Source: Octopus bimaculoides
Taxonomy: Eukaryota
Direction: 5' to 3'
NCBI RefSeq assembly: GCF_001194135.2
Contig: NC_068984.1
Location: 119,108,285 to 119,172,284, forward strand
DNA length: 64,000 nt
Both the position numbers and the translations under genes were made by a program. The notes beneath the pieces were generated by a model. It ran no database searches. It was not told the origin of the DNA and saw only the letters and a list, made by a program, of their open reading frames with translations. Shown here piece by piece: positions 50,181-63,764 of this stretch. Numbering within the stretch: the stretch's first letter is position 1; each line of letters starts with the position of its first letter.

Positions 50181-51154
50181 TATATATATATATACATATA
50201 TAAACATGTATGTATGTACGTATGCATATTAACTAGTCTTATATAATGCATTAAAAATTTCAGCATTTGCTATATATATTGACTGCATATAGGCACTATA
50301 TATACTATGTTACTATACTATACACTATATATGTGTGTAGTTCTTACAGTTAATGAATATTCTACTGATCCATATTCATTATTTCAATCCCCTTCTCCAC
50401 TCCAACTCTTCTCAACACTTGTTTGCCTCCCTTTCTCTACGCAAAAATATTTCCTTTACATTCATACCATCCTTCAATGTTTCCTGCTTTCTTCATGCTG
50501 TCTTTCTCTTCTCCTACTCTCTCTCTTATCTCATGTGCACAGCTATTTTATTCTGTATATGTTCTTTTGTCCTTTGCCCCATCACCCACCCATCTCCACT
50601 CTTCACTTAATTCACCCAACATGGCCCTCATGACCTTCCTCCCATTTCAACTAGCCTGGTTCTTGCTACTAACTTTTACCACCTTTCCTTCTAACTTTAC
50701 TTCCTCCCACACTGTTCATCTTCCTCACTACTCATACCACTTTCCACACTTCTCACACTCTCCTTATACTCTCTCTCTCTCTCTCTACCACTCCACATTA
50801 TTCTTGCACCTCTTCTCTTTTCTCATTCGACTTTCTATGAACATGATATTAACCTCTTTATTCTTTCTCTCCAGGACAAGTGTCTAAAATATTGAATGTT
50901 TCACTTCTCACGTCAAACCAACTCAATGTAATTATTTTTATCCATGAAATTTTATGAATGGACTTTTTCCAGTGCAGACCAACAACAGTCTTCTTGGATT
51001 CCAGATTTTATAATCCATCTACAATCTATTGCCTTTGGTTAAAAATGACAGATATGAGGAATGAGAGAAGCTAAATGGCTCGATTAAATACTGAACATTA
51101 TAAATCACATATTTAGCTTACTGAGACTTACAACTGCTCAGCAGTGTTCATATT

Positions 51155-51292
51155 TGTTTCAAATTTTGGCACAAGGCCAGTAAGTTTAGGGGAGGGGATA
51201 AGTTGATTACTTTAACCTCAGTGCTCAGCTGGTACTTATTTCATAGACCCCAAAAGGGTGAAAGGCAAAGTCAGCCTTGGCAGAATTTGAAC
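51155..51292 (-). mobile_element. 5'-truncated SINE-B with 16-bp target-site duplication
   Basis: cagcagtgttcatatt is present at 51139-51154 and 51293-51308. Confidence 0.85.
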
Positions 51293-52282
51293 CAGCAGTG
51301 TTCATATTAAAAGATTATAGAAGGTAAAATATAAAATTGAATGCAATCCAATAGATTACAATCTGCAAACAATATGTACTATAATTTATAATTATAAAAA
51401 ATTCCATTAAAATTTTGATACTGTTTATGTTGATGTGGAATTCAAACTTTAGCAAATTAACCTCAGAACCAGATATCATCTGAAAACCCAAGGCTAAAAT
51501 CTGAACCATAATATCTTGCAGTTTCATGAAGCAAAACAGGCCTTACACATTTAAAAAACGTGGCTGCAATATACTTTACATCAACTTTTCTAATATATTG
51601 CAGTATAATATTATACACACCATATATAAATCACTAAATTACTAAATTATACTTGACACCATGTTAGTTCTTGTAAAATAACAGACACTTAAATGATATC
51701 ACTAGTATTTATGTTACACCAGCTGAGCACATCTAATATATTGTACTATGGTATGTAAATGTCAGTATTATGCTATTATTTGAAATTAATTGATCTGAAA
51801 TAAAATGTCTTGGTCAAGGATACAACGCACAGCCTGGTCTAGGAATTGAACTCACTACCTTATGATTGTGAGCCGGTGCTCTAAACCATTGAACCATGCA
51901 CCTTCACATATATGGTATTTCAGATAAATCTATAACTGATGTTGAATGTTCCCAATACCAGCAACTTATTCAAATAAAAAAATCTCATCTTTATCTCTGC
52001 TTTCAATAATTTTGCATGGTGATAAACATAAAATTTCTGTGAAATGGTCTCTTTAGCAGAGAACCCTATTGCAATCACTTGAATCAAGCATTCAGTTGAG
52101 GGATCTTTTGCCTATGAGCTGTGATCCTTCTGTGCTGACTAACAAATTAATAAGAGATAAACACATTTGATAGTTAACCAAGAAACCCGTTTTCAGATTA
52201 AGAGAAGTAACATTAAGTACTCTATTGAAGAATACATAAAATACAAGATTGTGAAGATTTTTCTGTATAGTTTCTTGATTTA

Positions 52283-52660
52283 TCTTGTATCTTTTACTTG
52301 TATCAGTCATTGAACTCCAGCCATGCTGGGTCCCCACCCTGAAGGGTTATGATCGAATAAATTGATCCCAGTACTTATTTTTTAAAAGCCAGTCTCTCTT
52401 GTTGAACTGCTAAATTACAGGGACATAAACAAACCAACACTGATTGTCAAGTGGTGGTAGGACTAACACAGGCGCGCACACACACACACACACACACACA
52501 CGGTGAGCTTCCATTTAGTTTCTGCCTACTGAATTCACTCGCTAGGCATTGGTTGGCCTGGATCTATAGTAGAAAATGCCCAATGTGCCACAAAGTAGGA
52601 CTGAACTTGAAGCCACATGGTTGAAAAGTGAGCTTCTCAACCACACAGCCATGCCTGCTC
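52283..52660 (-). mobile_element. SINE family A
   Basis: Reverse-complement homology to 638-1026. Confidence 0.78.
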
Positions 52661-52870
52661 AATGTAGCAGTTAAATATTCCTCAACATCACACACACTCT
52701 AAAATGTGCCTTATCAAATGACTGATGGCATTATAATCATGGGTATTATTAAACTGATAAGAACCACCTGCCCAAGTGCTAAATTCATCACAATATTCAT
52801 TTGAATGTAGTACTACTCAAATCTTCTACTTATATCTCATGTAGCATATAGAACTCCTTTATCAATAAAA

Positions 52871-53330
52871 TTAACCCCATCAAATGTAATGCCTATTTAT
52901 TCACATTGTTTTGGAATTAATCATACATTGTCTCAGTGGCTTAGTGGTTAGAGTAATCAGCTCATGCTCGTAAGATTGTGAGTTTGATTCCTGGCAGCAC
53001 ATTGTTTCCTTAATCAAGACACTTTATTTCACATTGCTCCAGTCCACTCAGCTGACAAAAATGAGTAGTACCTGCATTTCAAAGGGCCAGCCTTGCCACA
53101 TTATGTGTCACACTGAAATCTCCTTGAGAACTACATTAATGGTACATGTATCTGTGGAGTGCTCAGCCACTTACGCATTAACTTCATGAGAAGTTTGTTC
53201 CATTGATTGGATCAACTGGAAACCTCATCCAATGAAGTGCCATATACATTATCTCATAGCTTCAAGATTTCGATGATGTGACTATTTATTTTTAGAATGA
53301 CATTGTAGGGTAGGTGGGAGAGGCTGGATC
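52871..53330 (+). mobile_element. TTAA-type MITE split by a SINE-C insertion (52936-53243) with 13-bp TSD
   Basis: atacattgtctca (52923-52935) and atacattatctca (53244-53256) flank the SINE. The two MITE halves join to match 56293-56520. Confidence 0.8.
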
Positions 53331-53349
53331 TCTCTCTCTCTCTCTCTGT

Positions 53350-53676
53350 GCTTGAGAAGATATGTCAAGCTAAGTGAAATCATGTTCATGGCCAGTGCTG
53401 GTGACATGTAAAAAGGACCCATCCCAGTGACACATAAGTGGTACCCAAGCTGGTGACACATTAAAGGCACCTATGCCAGTGATACATATAAGGCTCCCAT
53501 GCCGGTAACATGTAAAAGATACCCAGTACACTCTGTAGAGTGATTGACATTAGGAAGGGCATCCAGCCATAGAAACCAAGCGAAACCAGAATCGAGCCTG
53601 GTGCAGCTCTCCAGCTTACCAACTCCAGTCAAACCATCTAACCCATACAGAGAACAGACATTAAAGGATGATGATA
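53350..53676 (+). mobile_element. RTE 3'-UTR-derived element followed by (TA)n and a SINE-A 3' half
   Basis: ttaggaagggcatccagc...ccatctaacccat...ttaaaggatgatgat, then (TA)n/(TG)n and a SINE-A tail at 53800-53995. Confidence 0.7.
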
Positions 53677-53696
53677 TATATATATATTATATGTGG

Positions 53697-53749
<53 letters not shown>

Positions 53750-54530
53750 GTGTGTGTGTGTGTGTGTGCATGCATATGCACATGTCTCTGTGATTGCTCC
53801 CTCACTGCTTAACAACCAGTATTGCTTTGTTCACATCTTTCCCCTTAACTTAGTGGTGCAGCAGAAAAAAACCAATAAAATAAGTACCAGACTTCAAAAA
53901 ACAAAACATAAATACAGGGGTTGATATGATAGATTGAAGCCTTCTAAGTTGTTCCCCAGCAATGTCACAGTCCTATGAATGAAGCAAGTAAATGAATAAA
54001 ATAGTCCCTCGAAACTGACTCAGTGATTTGGGTTTTCTAAGTTTCATAATCACTTGAGATTTAATGTTAACTCTAAGATAGATTATCTAAGATATTAATC
54101 CCACCAACTCTTTATAACCTGCAATGATTTTAAGCTGGAATCATCAAGCTCAGTTTGTCCTCTCTTCTTTCATTCTTGGGACCAAACAGCCATAAGATCA
54201 TCATTTCCAGCAATGTTTTCTATACAAAAAAAAAAAAAGAAAAGAAAAATGAAATGGAATAAAAATGAATGAAAATGTGTTTTACAAGTCTGTTTCATGA
54301 GAATATTCTCAGTATAATTAATTAATTGAGGTAAACAAATTTATTAGGTGTTTTTTTTTAAAAGCAAGCCAAATAAACAAACCCCCTAAAAAACTAAATC
54401 TCATCTATATATATTTATTGTCTTAGAAATATTAAAAACTCTTTCTTCTTTTCCCTGTTTTTTCTTTTTTGTTTTTCCTTAATATTTCACCAATAAATAA
54501 ACATGAGTAAAAAGGGTTAAAATGGCACTA

Positions 54531-55004
54531 CAGTTGAAAATCCTTTATCCAAAATTCCAAAATCTGAAAGTATGTTATTTAAAAAATAAAATGCTGACTT
54601 TTTTCCAGTTTTCCTTTTATTTACCTGTAATCATGTTCAATGCTTTGTTTTTATACCTTACATAAACCCTAACATCTATATAGTTAAAAAAATTAAGTAC
54701 AAATGGCAAACATGTACTGTAACCTGTAAATCAAAACAGGACATCATAGTGGAAACTAGTATTTTATCTTTCTGATAGAATTATGCATAAAAGGTTATTA
54801 AAAAATTATATAGAACTACATTCAAGATATATCTATAAGCTATATTATGAAATCTAAATGGATATTGTGTTTAGACTTGGGTCCCATCTCAAAGCTGTCC
54901 CAGTTTACAGGTGTTAATAAAAGAATATTCCAAAATAAAAACAAAATTCAAAGTTTGTAACAATTTCAGTTCCAGGAATTTTGGATAAGGGATTCTTGAT
55001 GTTA
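54531..55004. mobile_element. Tigger4/Zombi-like (pogo superfamily) non-autonomous element
   Basis: TA-flanked TIR cagttgaaaatcctttatccaaaattcc / ggaattttggataagggat. Internal gtgtttagacttgggtcccatc and aatattccaaaat match my recollection of the mammalian Tigger4a consensus. Confidence 0.65.
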
Positions 55005-55023
55005 TAAGAATTTTTCATATTAT

Positions 55024-55433
55024 AGGCACAGGAGTGGCTGTGAGGTAAGTAGCTTGCTTACCAACCACATGGTTCCGGATTCAGTCCCACTGCGTGGCAC
55101 CTTGGGTAAGTGTCTTCTACTATAGCCTTGGGCCAACCAAAGCCTTGTGAGTGGATTTGGAAGACGAAAACTGAAAGAAGCCCGTCGTATATATGTATAT
55201 ATATATATGTGTATGTGTGTGTTTGTGTGTCTGTGTTTGTCCCCCCCCCCACACACAACATCGCTTGACAACCGATGCTGGTGTGTTTACGTCCCCCGTA
55301 ACTTAGCAGTTCGGCAAAAGAGACCGATAGAATAAGTACTAGGTTTCCAAAGAATAAGTCCTGGGGTCAATTTGCTCGACTAAAGGCAGTGCTCCAGCAT
55401 GGCTGCAGTCAAATGACTGAAACAAGTAAAGAG
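55024..55433 (+). mobile_element. SINE family A (full length, young)
   Basis: Near-identical to 638-1026 and retains CpGs. Confidence 0.88.
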
Positions 55434-56292
55434 TATTATAGCTTTATCTGATAAAGAAAGACAGAGCCCATAGTTTATAGCCTTCCCATGTCCACTATAA
55501 GAAGGAATTTGAGAAGGACAAGAATGAATGAGGAAAAAGTGTTTAGTAACGCAGAGTGTATGGAGTGAAACAGTGAAAATCTCCAGAAGAAGAGTGCTGG
55601 ATAAAAACAAGCAAGTGGAAATGGAGGTGGTATACATCCATCATGTTTGGAAAAGCAAGGAAGACAACACAACATGGTGGTTTACAAGTGCTTGTGGTAT
55701 GTTAAGGAATAAAGGGGTTTGTTCCATCAACCGAGATGGCCTTGTTTATTTGTTATGATTAGCATTGCTTGGGTTAATAATAAATATCACAACTTAACAC
55801 AAAGCACAGCAAGGGGCTTCATTCTCTTCACAACTCTCAGAACATGGCAATGAACACAACTCCATGATGGATGGGCAGTCAAGGTCAGATTCACTTTTGT
55901 TGAAAGATTTGTGATTTTTCAGGATCTGTAGGCATTCTCATATTTAGGACTCCTACTTACTTGCAGGTTTTCAATTATGATTTTAAGGATCTTTAAGCAT
56001 TCTCAGATTTTGGGATCCTACTTGCTTGAAAATTTTCAAATAATTTATGTTACACTTGATGAATACAATTTCCAAAACAATGTTTTCTTTATACAGTGGA
56101 ACCAAAACACATTTGCTTCTTCAATATAATGTTCATATATAAGTCAGCATGTCATTAGAGTTCTTCTTTTGGGTTAATGATAAATATCACACATATATAC
56201 TATAATTTGAAACTAAAATTCTTAGTTAAAATTTACTTTAATTCTGCATTGAGCTTTTATTAATTGGCAGATGAGTAACATGGCTTCAAATT

Positions 56293-56520
56293 TTAACCCC
56301 TTAGCATCCAGATTACTCTATCAAATGTGATATCTATTCACATTGCTTTGAATTAATCATTCACTATTTTGTAGCTTCAAGATTTCAATGATGTGATTGT
56401 TTATTTTTCAGATTACATTGTAGGTGTGAGAGACTGAATTTGTCCGGTTTGAACATAAAGTCAGTAGATTATTTGGACCAGCTATAGCTGATTTAAATAC
56501 AATATAGCCAGTTTAAATAC
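56293..56520. mobile_element. piggyBac-type MITE (family 2; also about 383-558 and 37680-37849)
   Basis: TTAA-CCCCTTAGCAT start. The 383-558 copy ends ATGCTAAAGGGTTTA. Confidence 0.7.
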
Positions 56521-57379
56521 TATTTTGTTTTGATTAAGACTAATGTTTAAAAATGTTGATTGCTATCCATTGGAAAATACCAATTATCATTAACACCCTG
56601 CTGAAGTAACAGTTTGATGACTTGTCTCCAAATCTATGGTCAAAATACTAAACTCAAACCACCTTAGACACAAGGGAAATACCACAGAAAAGTACAAGTA
56701 TAGACAACTAATCCAGGCAGCTAGAACTGATTGGTTAAGTGTTTTATTAGTTTCAATAGTCAAAATCTGAAAAAAGAGCAAGTTTCTTTCCAGACTATGA
56801 AGTGTTTCTTAGTTACTGAATGTCATGGACAATAAGCTATTCCTGTGTACACCAATGCATGGTAGTAATTGTAGGAGAAACAGAATATTAAGTAAGTAAC
56901 CAATAGCCTTAATATTTTGATATCATTAGCAAGTTTGTTTTATGTTAAGGTCTACTTATGTTTTTTGAGCAACGTATTAACAGAATTTACTTTGCAATAA
57001 AACTCTCTGGACAATGTAATTTTAAATTTGAAACAGATAAAAATATTCCGTGAAAATAAGAGGAAGAAAGAAAGAGGAGGAGGAGGAGGAGGAGGAGAGA
57101 GACAAAAAAGAGGAGAAAGAAAGAAAGAAAGAAAGTTAAAGAAAGACTAGAAAGAAAGCGTCTGCATTTTTACTAACTGCATAGAATAACAAATTTAAGT
57201 TTTTACAAATATCAAATCAATGTTAACATGAGACGAAAACATAATACAAGAAACGTGAATAAAATCAGTTATAAAATAAATAAAAATAGCTTTAAATTTT
57301 GACTACAAAACTTGTGAAACTACATGAAATTATTGAATGGTTGAAAAATAGTTTGTTTGTTTGTTGGGTTTTTTTTTCG

Positions 57380-59880
57380 GTTGAGAAAATAAGTCGTTTG
57401 TAAATAAATTACGCAATTGTTTATTATTTATCATTGTTCATTTTTGTAAATTCAAACAGATCACAACTCACGTCGTTCCGAGTTACGTCTTTTTCAACTT
57501 TACACTCGACTTTACGTTTTTTTATTTTATCTTCGTTTTAACGAAATTAATGGAAAAAATAAACCTTAACGCCACACCATCTATCTGACTTGAAGTCGGT
57601 GTCAGTAAACATATTTAAAAGCATAAAAATTATTTTCAAAATCTAAAAACTAATACTGAAGTGGAAAATCAAATAAAATACAGGTGGAAATATGTATGAA
57701 CCATCTAGGATCGCTTCTGTTTGCCTTCACTTTTTGAAATTTAAAAATTAAGTGAAAATTTTCAATTACCCAAAATTTGCAAACTATTAACTGTTTATTT
57801 ATTGATTTATGACGTAAATGAAATGCATTTCAATAATTAGCATACAAAACATCGATACACCAAACCTGAAATCAATTGGAACAAAATTAAGGAAATTGAA
57901 AAGTGAAAGCCAAACAGACCATCTGTTAAAACAGATATAAGCTAATAAAATTTTTATTGTTTTTTGTGTGTGTGTGTGTGTTATGTCGGTTTTCGAGTTA
58001 AACTTCATGTTTTGTAACCAATTACAGACACAAATTGAAGCATGTCTGTAATATATATTTGTAAAAAATTTGAATTAAGATGACGCTGACAATAAATAAA
58101 TAAGCTGGGCGGCCGTCAGAGTTAGGAAGCACCAAGTTGGNNNNNNNNNNNNNNNNNNNNNNNNNNNNNNNNNNNNNNNNNNNNNNNNNNNNNNNNNNNN
58201 NNNNNNNNNNNNNNNNNNNNNNNNNNNNNNNNNNNNNNNNNNNNNNNNNNNNNNNNNNNNNNNNNNNNNNNNNNNNNNNNNNNNNNNNNNNNNNNNNNNN
58301 NNNNNNNNNNNNNNNNNNNNNNNNNNNNNNNNNNNNNNNNNNNNNNNNNNNNNNNNNNNNNNNNNNNNNNNNNNNNNNNNNNNNNNNNNNNNNNNNNNNN
58401 NNNNNNNNNNNNNNNNNNNNNNNNNNNNNNNNNNNNNNNNNNNNNNNNNNNNNNNNNNNNNNNNNNNNNNNNNNNNNNNNNNNNNNNNNNNNNNNNNNNN
58501 NNNNNNNNNNNNNNNNNNNNNNNNNNNNNNNNNNNNNNNNNNNNNNNNNNNNNNNNNNNNNNNNNNNNNNNNNNNNNNNNNNNNNNNNNNNNNNNNNNNN
58601 NNNNNNNNNNNNNNNNNNNNNNNNNNNNNNNNNNNNNNNNNNNNNNNNNNNNNNNNNNNNNNNNNNNNNNNNNNNNNNNNNNNNNNNNNNNNNNNNNNNN
58701 NNNNNNNNNNNNNNNNNNNNNNNNNNNNNNNNNNNNNNNNNNNNNNNNNNNNNNNNNNNNNNNNNNNNNNNNNNNNNNNNNNNNNNNNNNNNNNNNNNNN
58801 NNNNNNNNNNNNNNNNNNNNNNNNNNNNNNNNNNNNNNNNNNNNNNNNNNNNNNNNNNNNNNNNNNNNNNNNNNNNNNNNNNNNNNNNNNNNNNNNNNNN
58901 NNNNATCATTCCCAAGGGCAGCGTGAAAAAAAAAGAAAAAAATCTGAGAAATCCCCGTCAAAACGGAGAAATTCCAACCTGGTGCTCCCTAACTCCGACG
59001 TCCGCCAATAACTACTTTTCGATATTATTGGTTCTAGTACTTGATTGGTGTTTAACTTTAGCGACCCAAAAAGGATGAAAAAGAAAGTTGAGACTTCGGT
59101 GGAGTTTGAACTCCTGTTCATAAAAAGTCGGAATAAATACCGCAAAACATTTTCACCTACGAACTACTGATTCTACCAGATAGTGAGTATGTGGGCGATA
59201 GTATTGGCAATGAGGAGGAGGCAAAGGCTATGAAGAATCACCAATAAATAAATAAACAAATAAATGAATGAATGAATAAACAAAACAATCCTTAGATGGA
59301 GTTTTTTTTTTAGAGGTTCTCTTTTGCCTGACTGAATGATTGACAAAATATTTTGTTCGAATATAACTTAACAATGCTGTAAACAAATCACAATAAATTT
59401 TTCAAATAATGACCTGTATTTTATCCAAAGAGCCGGTTACGTTTAATTGACAAAACTTTTGAACAATCAACAGATGTGTATGTCGTATGTGTGATCATTA
59501 CACGCAATTTATTATTAGGACACCAAGTAATTTAATAAATTTCTATCAGAAATCGAGCATTTTTCTATATATCTAAGCATGTCTACCACTAAGATGTGAC
59601 TTGCGTGGGTTTGCAATGTGCTACAGAATAAGAAGTATTGCGTAATGTTAGAAGACAAACTACTGTAATGCTTGCAGCTGCAAAAAGACAAGCGTGATAA
59701 ACCAAAGAGTAAATTAATATGTAAAAGAAAAATAAATAAATTTTGATTTACGAAAATCATTATTTCATTAAGTGATAACAGATTCAAAATAAATTAAGAG
59801 CGAAATTTTATCTATTTTGTTTTCAGCGCATGTTGTTTGAGCACCGCTGACTTTGTAACAAATGACCAGCCCATGAAAAC
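57380..59880. promoter_or_regulatory. CpG-rich island, probable bidirectional promoter (centre hidden by gap 58141-58904)
   Basis: CpG dinucleotides are visibly dense here while the rest of the non-TE window is CpG-poor. GC box GGGCGG at 58107-58112, CCAAT/ATTGG boxes at 59005, 59027 and 59044, TGACGT at 57810. Outward-facing GTGAGT donors at 57471 (minus) and 59183 (plus). Confidence 0.6.
58141..58904. other. Assembly gap (one of 12 N runs: 1187-1831, 8413-9183, 16026-16035, 24716-24983, 26018-26406, 27384-28012, 40780-40961, 46546-46555, 48224-48631, 49339-49921, 58141-58904, 59931-60460)
   Basis: Runs of N. Confidence 0.99.
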
Positions 59881-60460
59881 GGTATATATACATACATATG
59901 TATGTATATATATATGTATATATATATATANNNNNNNNNNNNNNNNNNNNNNNNNNNNNNNNNNNNNNNNNNNNNNNNNNNNNNNNNNNNNNNNNNNNNN
60001 NNNNNNNNNNNNNNNNNNNNNNNNNNNNNNNNNNNNNNNNNNNNNNNNNNNNNNNNNNNNNNNNNNNNNNNNNNNNNNNNNNNNNNNNNNNNNNNNNNNN
60101 NNNNNNNNNNNNNNNNNNNNNNNNNNNNNNNNNNNNNNNNNNNNNNNNNNNNNNNNNNNNNNNNNNNNNNNNNNNNNNNNNNNNNNNNNNNNNNNNNNNN
60201 NNNNNNNNNNNNNNNNNNNNNNNNNNNNNNNNNNNNNNNNNNNNNNNNNNNNNNNNNNNNNNNNNNNNNNNNNNNNNNNNNNNNNNNNNNNNNNNNNNNN
60301 NNNNNNNNNNNNNNNNNNNNNNNNNNNNNNNNNNNNNNNNNNNNNNNNNNNNNNNNNNNNNNNNNNNNNNNNNNNNNNNNNNNNNNNNNNNNNNNNNNNN
60401 NNNNNNNNNNNNNNNNNNNNNNNNNNNNNNNNNNNNNNNNNNNNNNNNNNNNNNNNNNNN

Positions 60461-60521
<61 letters not shown>

Positions 60522-62589
60522 CCATACATATATGTATATATATGTATGTAGTCTTTTATTCTTTTACTTGTTTCAGTCATTTGACTGTGGCCAAGCTATA
60601 TAATATGTATACATATATATGTGTGAATATATATATATATATACACACACACACATACATATACAATTGCACTATACATACACACATATATGTATATATA
60701 TGTGTATGTGTGTGTGTGTGTGTACACATGTATATAAGTATGTATATGTGTGTGTGTATTCTTCAATTGTTTGAAGAATATAGATTACCAAAAATGGTAC
60801 CCATCTGTGACCAGTGAATATGAGGTTAAAGATTAAATTTAAGTGTAGGAAGATATACAGAAAATAGAAATCTATTGTTTTATTTACTGCAAAAAATCCA
60901 AATAAAGCAATAAAATAGTTTTAAATGCTGATAAAAATCAATATGTTTGTCATTTTCTAATGATGGTCTATTTTTATCAAGATCTCAGAAAGAAATTAGG
61001 TCAGAATAACATTTTAAGTGCTGTTGCCTTAATTACGTAACTATTTGCCTGGTGAGTTGACCGTCCCCCAATAAAAAATGTCTGCTTTTCTTTTCTTCTC
61101 CCTTTTATTTGCTGGAAGTTGTCATGTTGTAGAACAGCATATTTTATAGAAACAACATTATTGATTATTTAATCTATGAATATCGTAAATCATAAATATA
61201 TTTATATAATTGCTTGGGTGAAGTAAGTGCAATGATCAACCAAAAAATGATTCACAGATTTTAACACAAAAACAGGGAGGGGATGTCATAACCTGGCATA
61301 GATATGGTGTAGTTCCCTTGCACATGAATATTAATTAGACTTCCATGCAAATCATGCTTTATATGGATACAGAAGAAATATGATATAGAATGTCTTCCTG
61401 AATAAATAGTTAATTATATAATATGAGTTTAAGATGTAGGGAATTCAGTATAATGAAAATATGACATAACAGTCAGGGTATGTAATATGATAATATGAAT
61501 GCATGTGTATAGTTGATATGTATATATTATGGGAATTATATAAGGGGATCAGAAAAATTATATGTTGTTGGATGGGGTTGGTGTTATGGAAAATATTTAC
61601 TTAAGGAATATTGTTAGTAGCAGTTTGTTCAGTTTGTATAATCAAGATGTCTTATGAAAAATTGATTCACTCTGAAATAGAAATATGTGTATCAGGGTTT
61701 TGGGAGGCAGATTCTAATTTTATGGATATTGTTATGAGTTGTTTATTTTTGATAGGGTAGGGATCTGTATAAACATAGTAGCTGCTATTATGGATATATC
61801 TATGTTCTCCATGTATGAGCGAATATTTAGTGGGGAGGTCTTTAGATAAATGAGAGTTTCATGATATGGTTGCAAGGGTGTATTTTAATAGGTGTAATAA
61901 AGATAATGTAGATATAAATGTATACTGTGAATTATATGAGCAATTGTGATTTACGGTTGTAATTGTGTTTAAGTTCAAATGGATGGAACTGAGTAATGGG
62001 GAAAGTTAATGTGAATAAAAAAACAAAACTGGGTATAATAGGTGTTTTGAATAACTAAATAGGTGGTGTACATTAAAAATAAAGTGTTAAGATATGCTAT
62101 GGTGAAAAGAAAAGCCTGTAAATTTATAAGGTGAGAGCAGGATTGGAGAGAAAGTGTGAAATATAATGAAGCAAAGGTGGAAAAGAGATTTGGAAACAAC
62201 TTGTTTGTGCAAATGTGGTCAATTGAAAACTCCACATACTGGACACCAGTAGGATTCAGGTGGGGTCATCAGGAGAGAATGCACACCATTTTGGGGGCCT
62301 TCCTCTCGACAGCCTTACAGTACACTAGTGCCTCCTTACTGATTTAAGATCCTCACTAACTAGATTAATTGACTGGTATTTGATCTTATGTCCATTTTGA
62401 GATCATCAGCACCATTCACATTATGGAGTCATACAGGTTTGACCTGCCTTATAGACAAACAGATACTAGCCTCACACTCACATTTCGCCTTTCCAATCAA
62501 GTTTCATCATAAAACTTTTTTTTTGCCTCATTCAACAAGTATAAAGAGGTGTTATTAATTATATGCTTTAATATAGTAGGAACAATATA

Positions 62590-62805
62590 ATGCAGTGAGC
62601 TGGCAGAATTATTAGCACACAGGGTAAAATGCTTAGTGGCTTTTCATCTGTCCTTATATTTTGAGTTCAAATTTCGCTGAGGTCAACTTTGCTTTCATCC
62701 TTTCGGGGTCGATAAAATAAGTACCAGTTGAGAGCTGAGGTTAATGCAATCAACTTACCCACTCGCCTAATCTTGCTGACCTTGTACCAAAATTTGAAAC
62801 CAGTA
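62590..62805 (+). mobile_element. SINE family B (further copies or fragments at 36020-36210 minus, 46995-47145, 63030-63061, 63937-64000)
   Basis: Homology to 3049-3271. Confidence 0.8.
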
Positions 62806-63655
62806 TTGTAAAAATAATAATTTCTATTCCTCCAATAATAATATAATCGTTGAATATTCTCAGCAAATCATAAAGCTATTGGCACTTTAGATTTAATTTT
62901 CAGAATTGGATCAAGATCATTAGATGTATCATTAAAAGTTATGTGTATACAGAGAGTTAGGTCAACCGAGGTCTCTATCAAATATACAAAATACTGACAA
63001 CTAAGAGTATATATATATGTATATATATATAAGGTGGCGAGCTGGCAGAAACATTAGCATGCATTTTATCTGGGGGTTAATTATAACTGAAATGAGTACT
63101 ATCTTAAGGTATAGCCAGTCTAGGCAGTTGTCCAGGTGGTCTATGGGTCCAGGGGCCAAATGCTAATCTATGTATGCAGTGAATTTGTTTGTAGGGGCCC
63201 CAGAACATTGCTTTGCCTAGAGATCTATAATGACATTGAGATGACCCTGGATGGAATACCTTTGTTCATAAATCTACATAATTAGAACCGACAGTTCACT
63301 GCACTCCAATCTTCATTATGTTTCTTATTCCAAGATTCAGATCATCATCATCATTATCATCATCACCATTGCTATCACAACACCAACATCATCATCATCA
63401 TCATTTTTGGCCATTTTTCCATGCTGGCATGGTTTAGATGGTACTATTTGAGACAGTATTTTATTTATAGATATCCATCTTGTCACCAACCATTTTAGCC
63501 ACCTCTTACAACAAAAAGGAATATGGTGCAATTATTCTAAGTAAATCAGGATACAAACTAAGAGTAGTAACATTCTTATTTATTATACTGCTGCCATATG
63601 TAAGCTATAAGGATGCTATTAGTCTTAGTTTAAAAATAAAGGCTCTTACTTTCAG

Positions 63656-63764
63656 TCTGGTCTGATACACATCCTGCAATAAGATACTTGCAAGCAATTG
63701 GAATTGAAACCAAATGTAACAGTGTAAACATCAGTATTGAAAAATTTTTACATCTGAAGATGAG
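63656..63764 (+). other. Candidate spliced exon of an unidentified plus-strand gene
   Basis: cttactttcag| acceptor and GAG|gtgaat donor. One frame is open (WSDTHPAIRYLQAIGIETKCNSVNISIEKFLHLKM), with AAGATG near the 3' end. No recognisable domain. Confidence 0.3.

Noticed and set aside
1107-60603. Long ORFs containing X runs or YI/HT/CV/SL dipeptide repeats
   Set aside because: Artefacts of N gaps and microsatellites.
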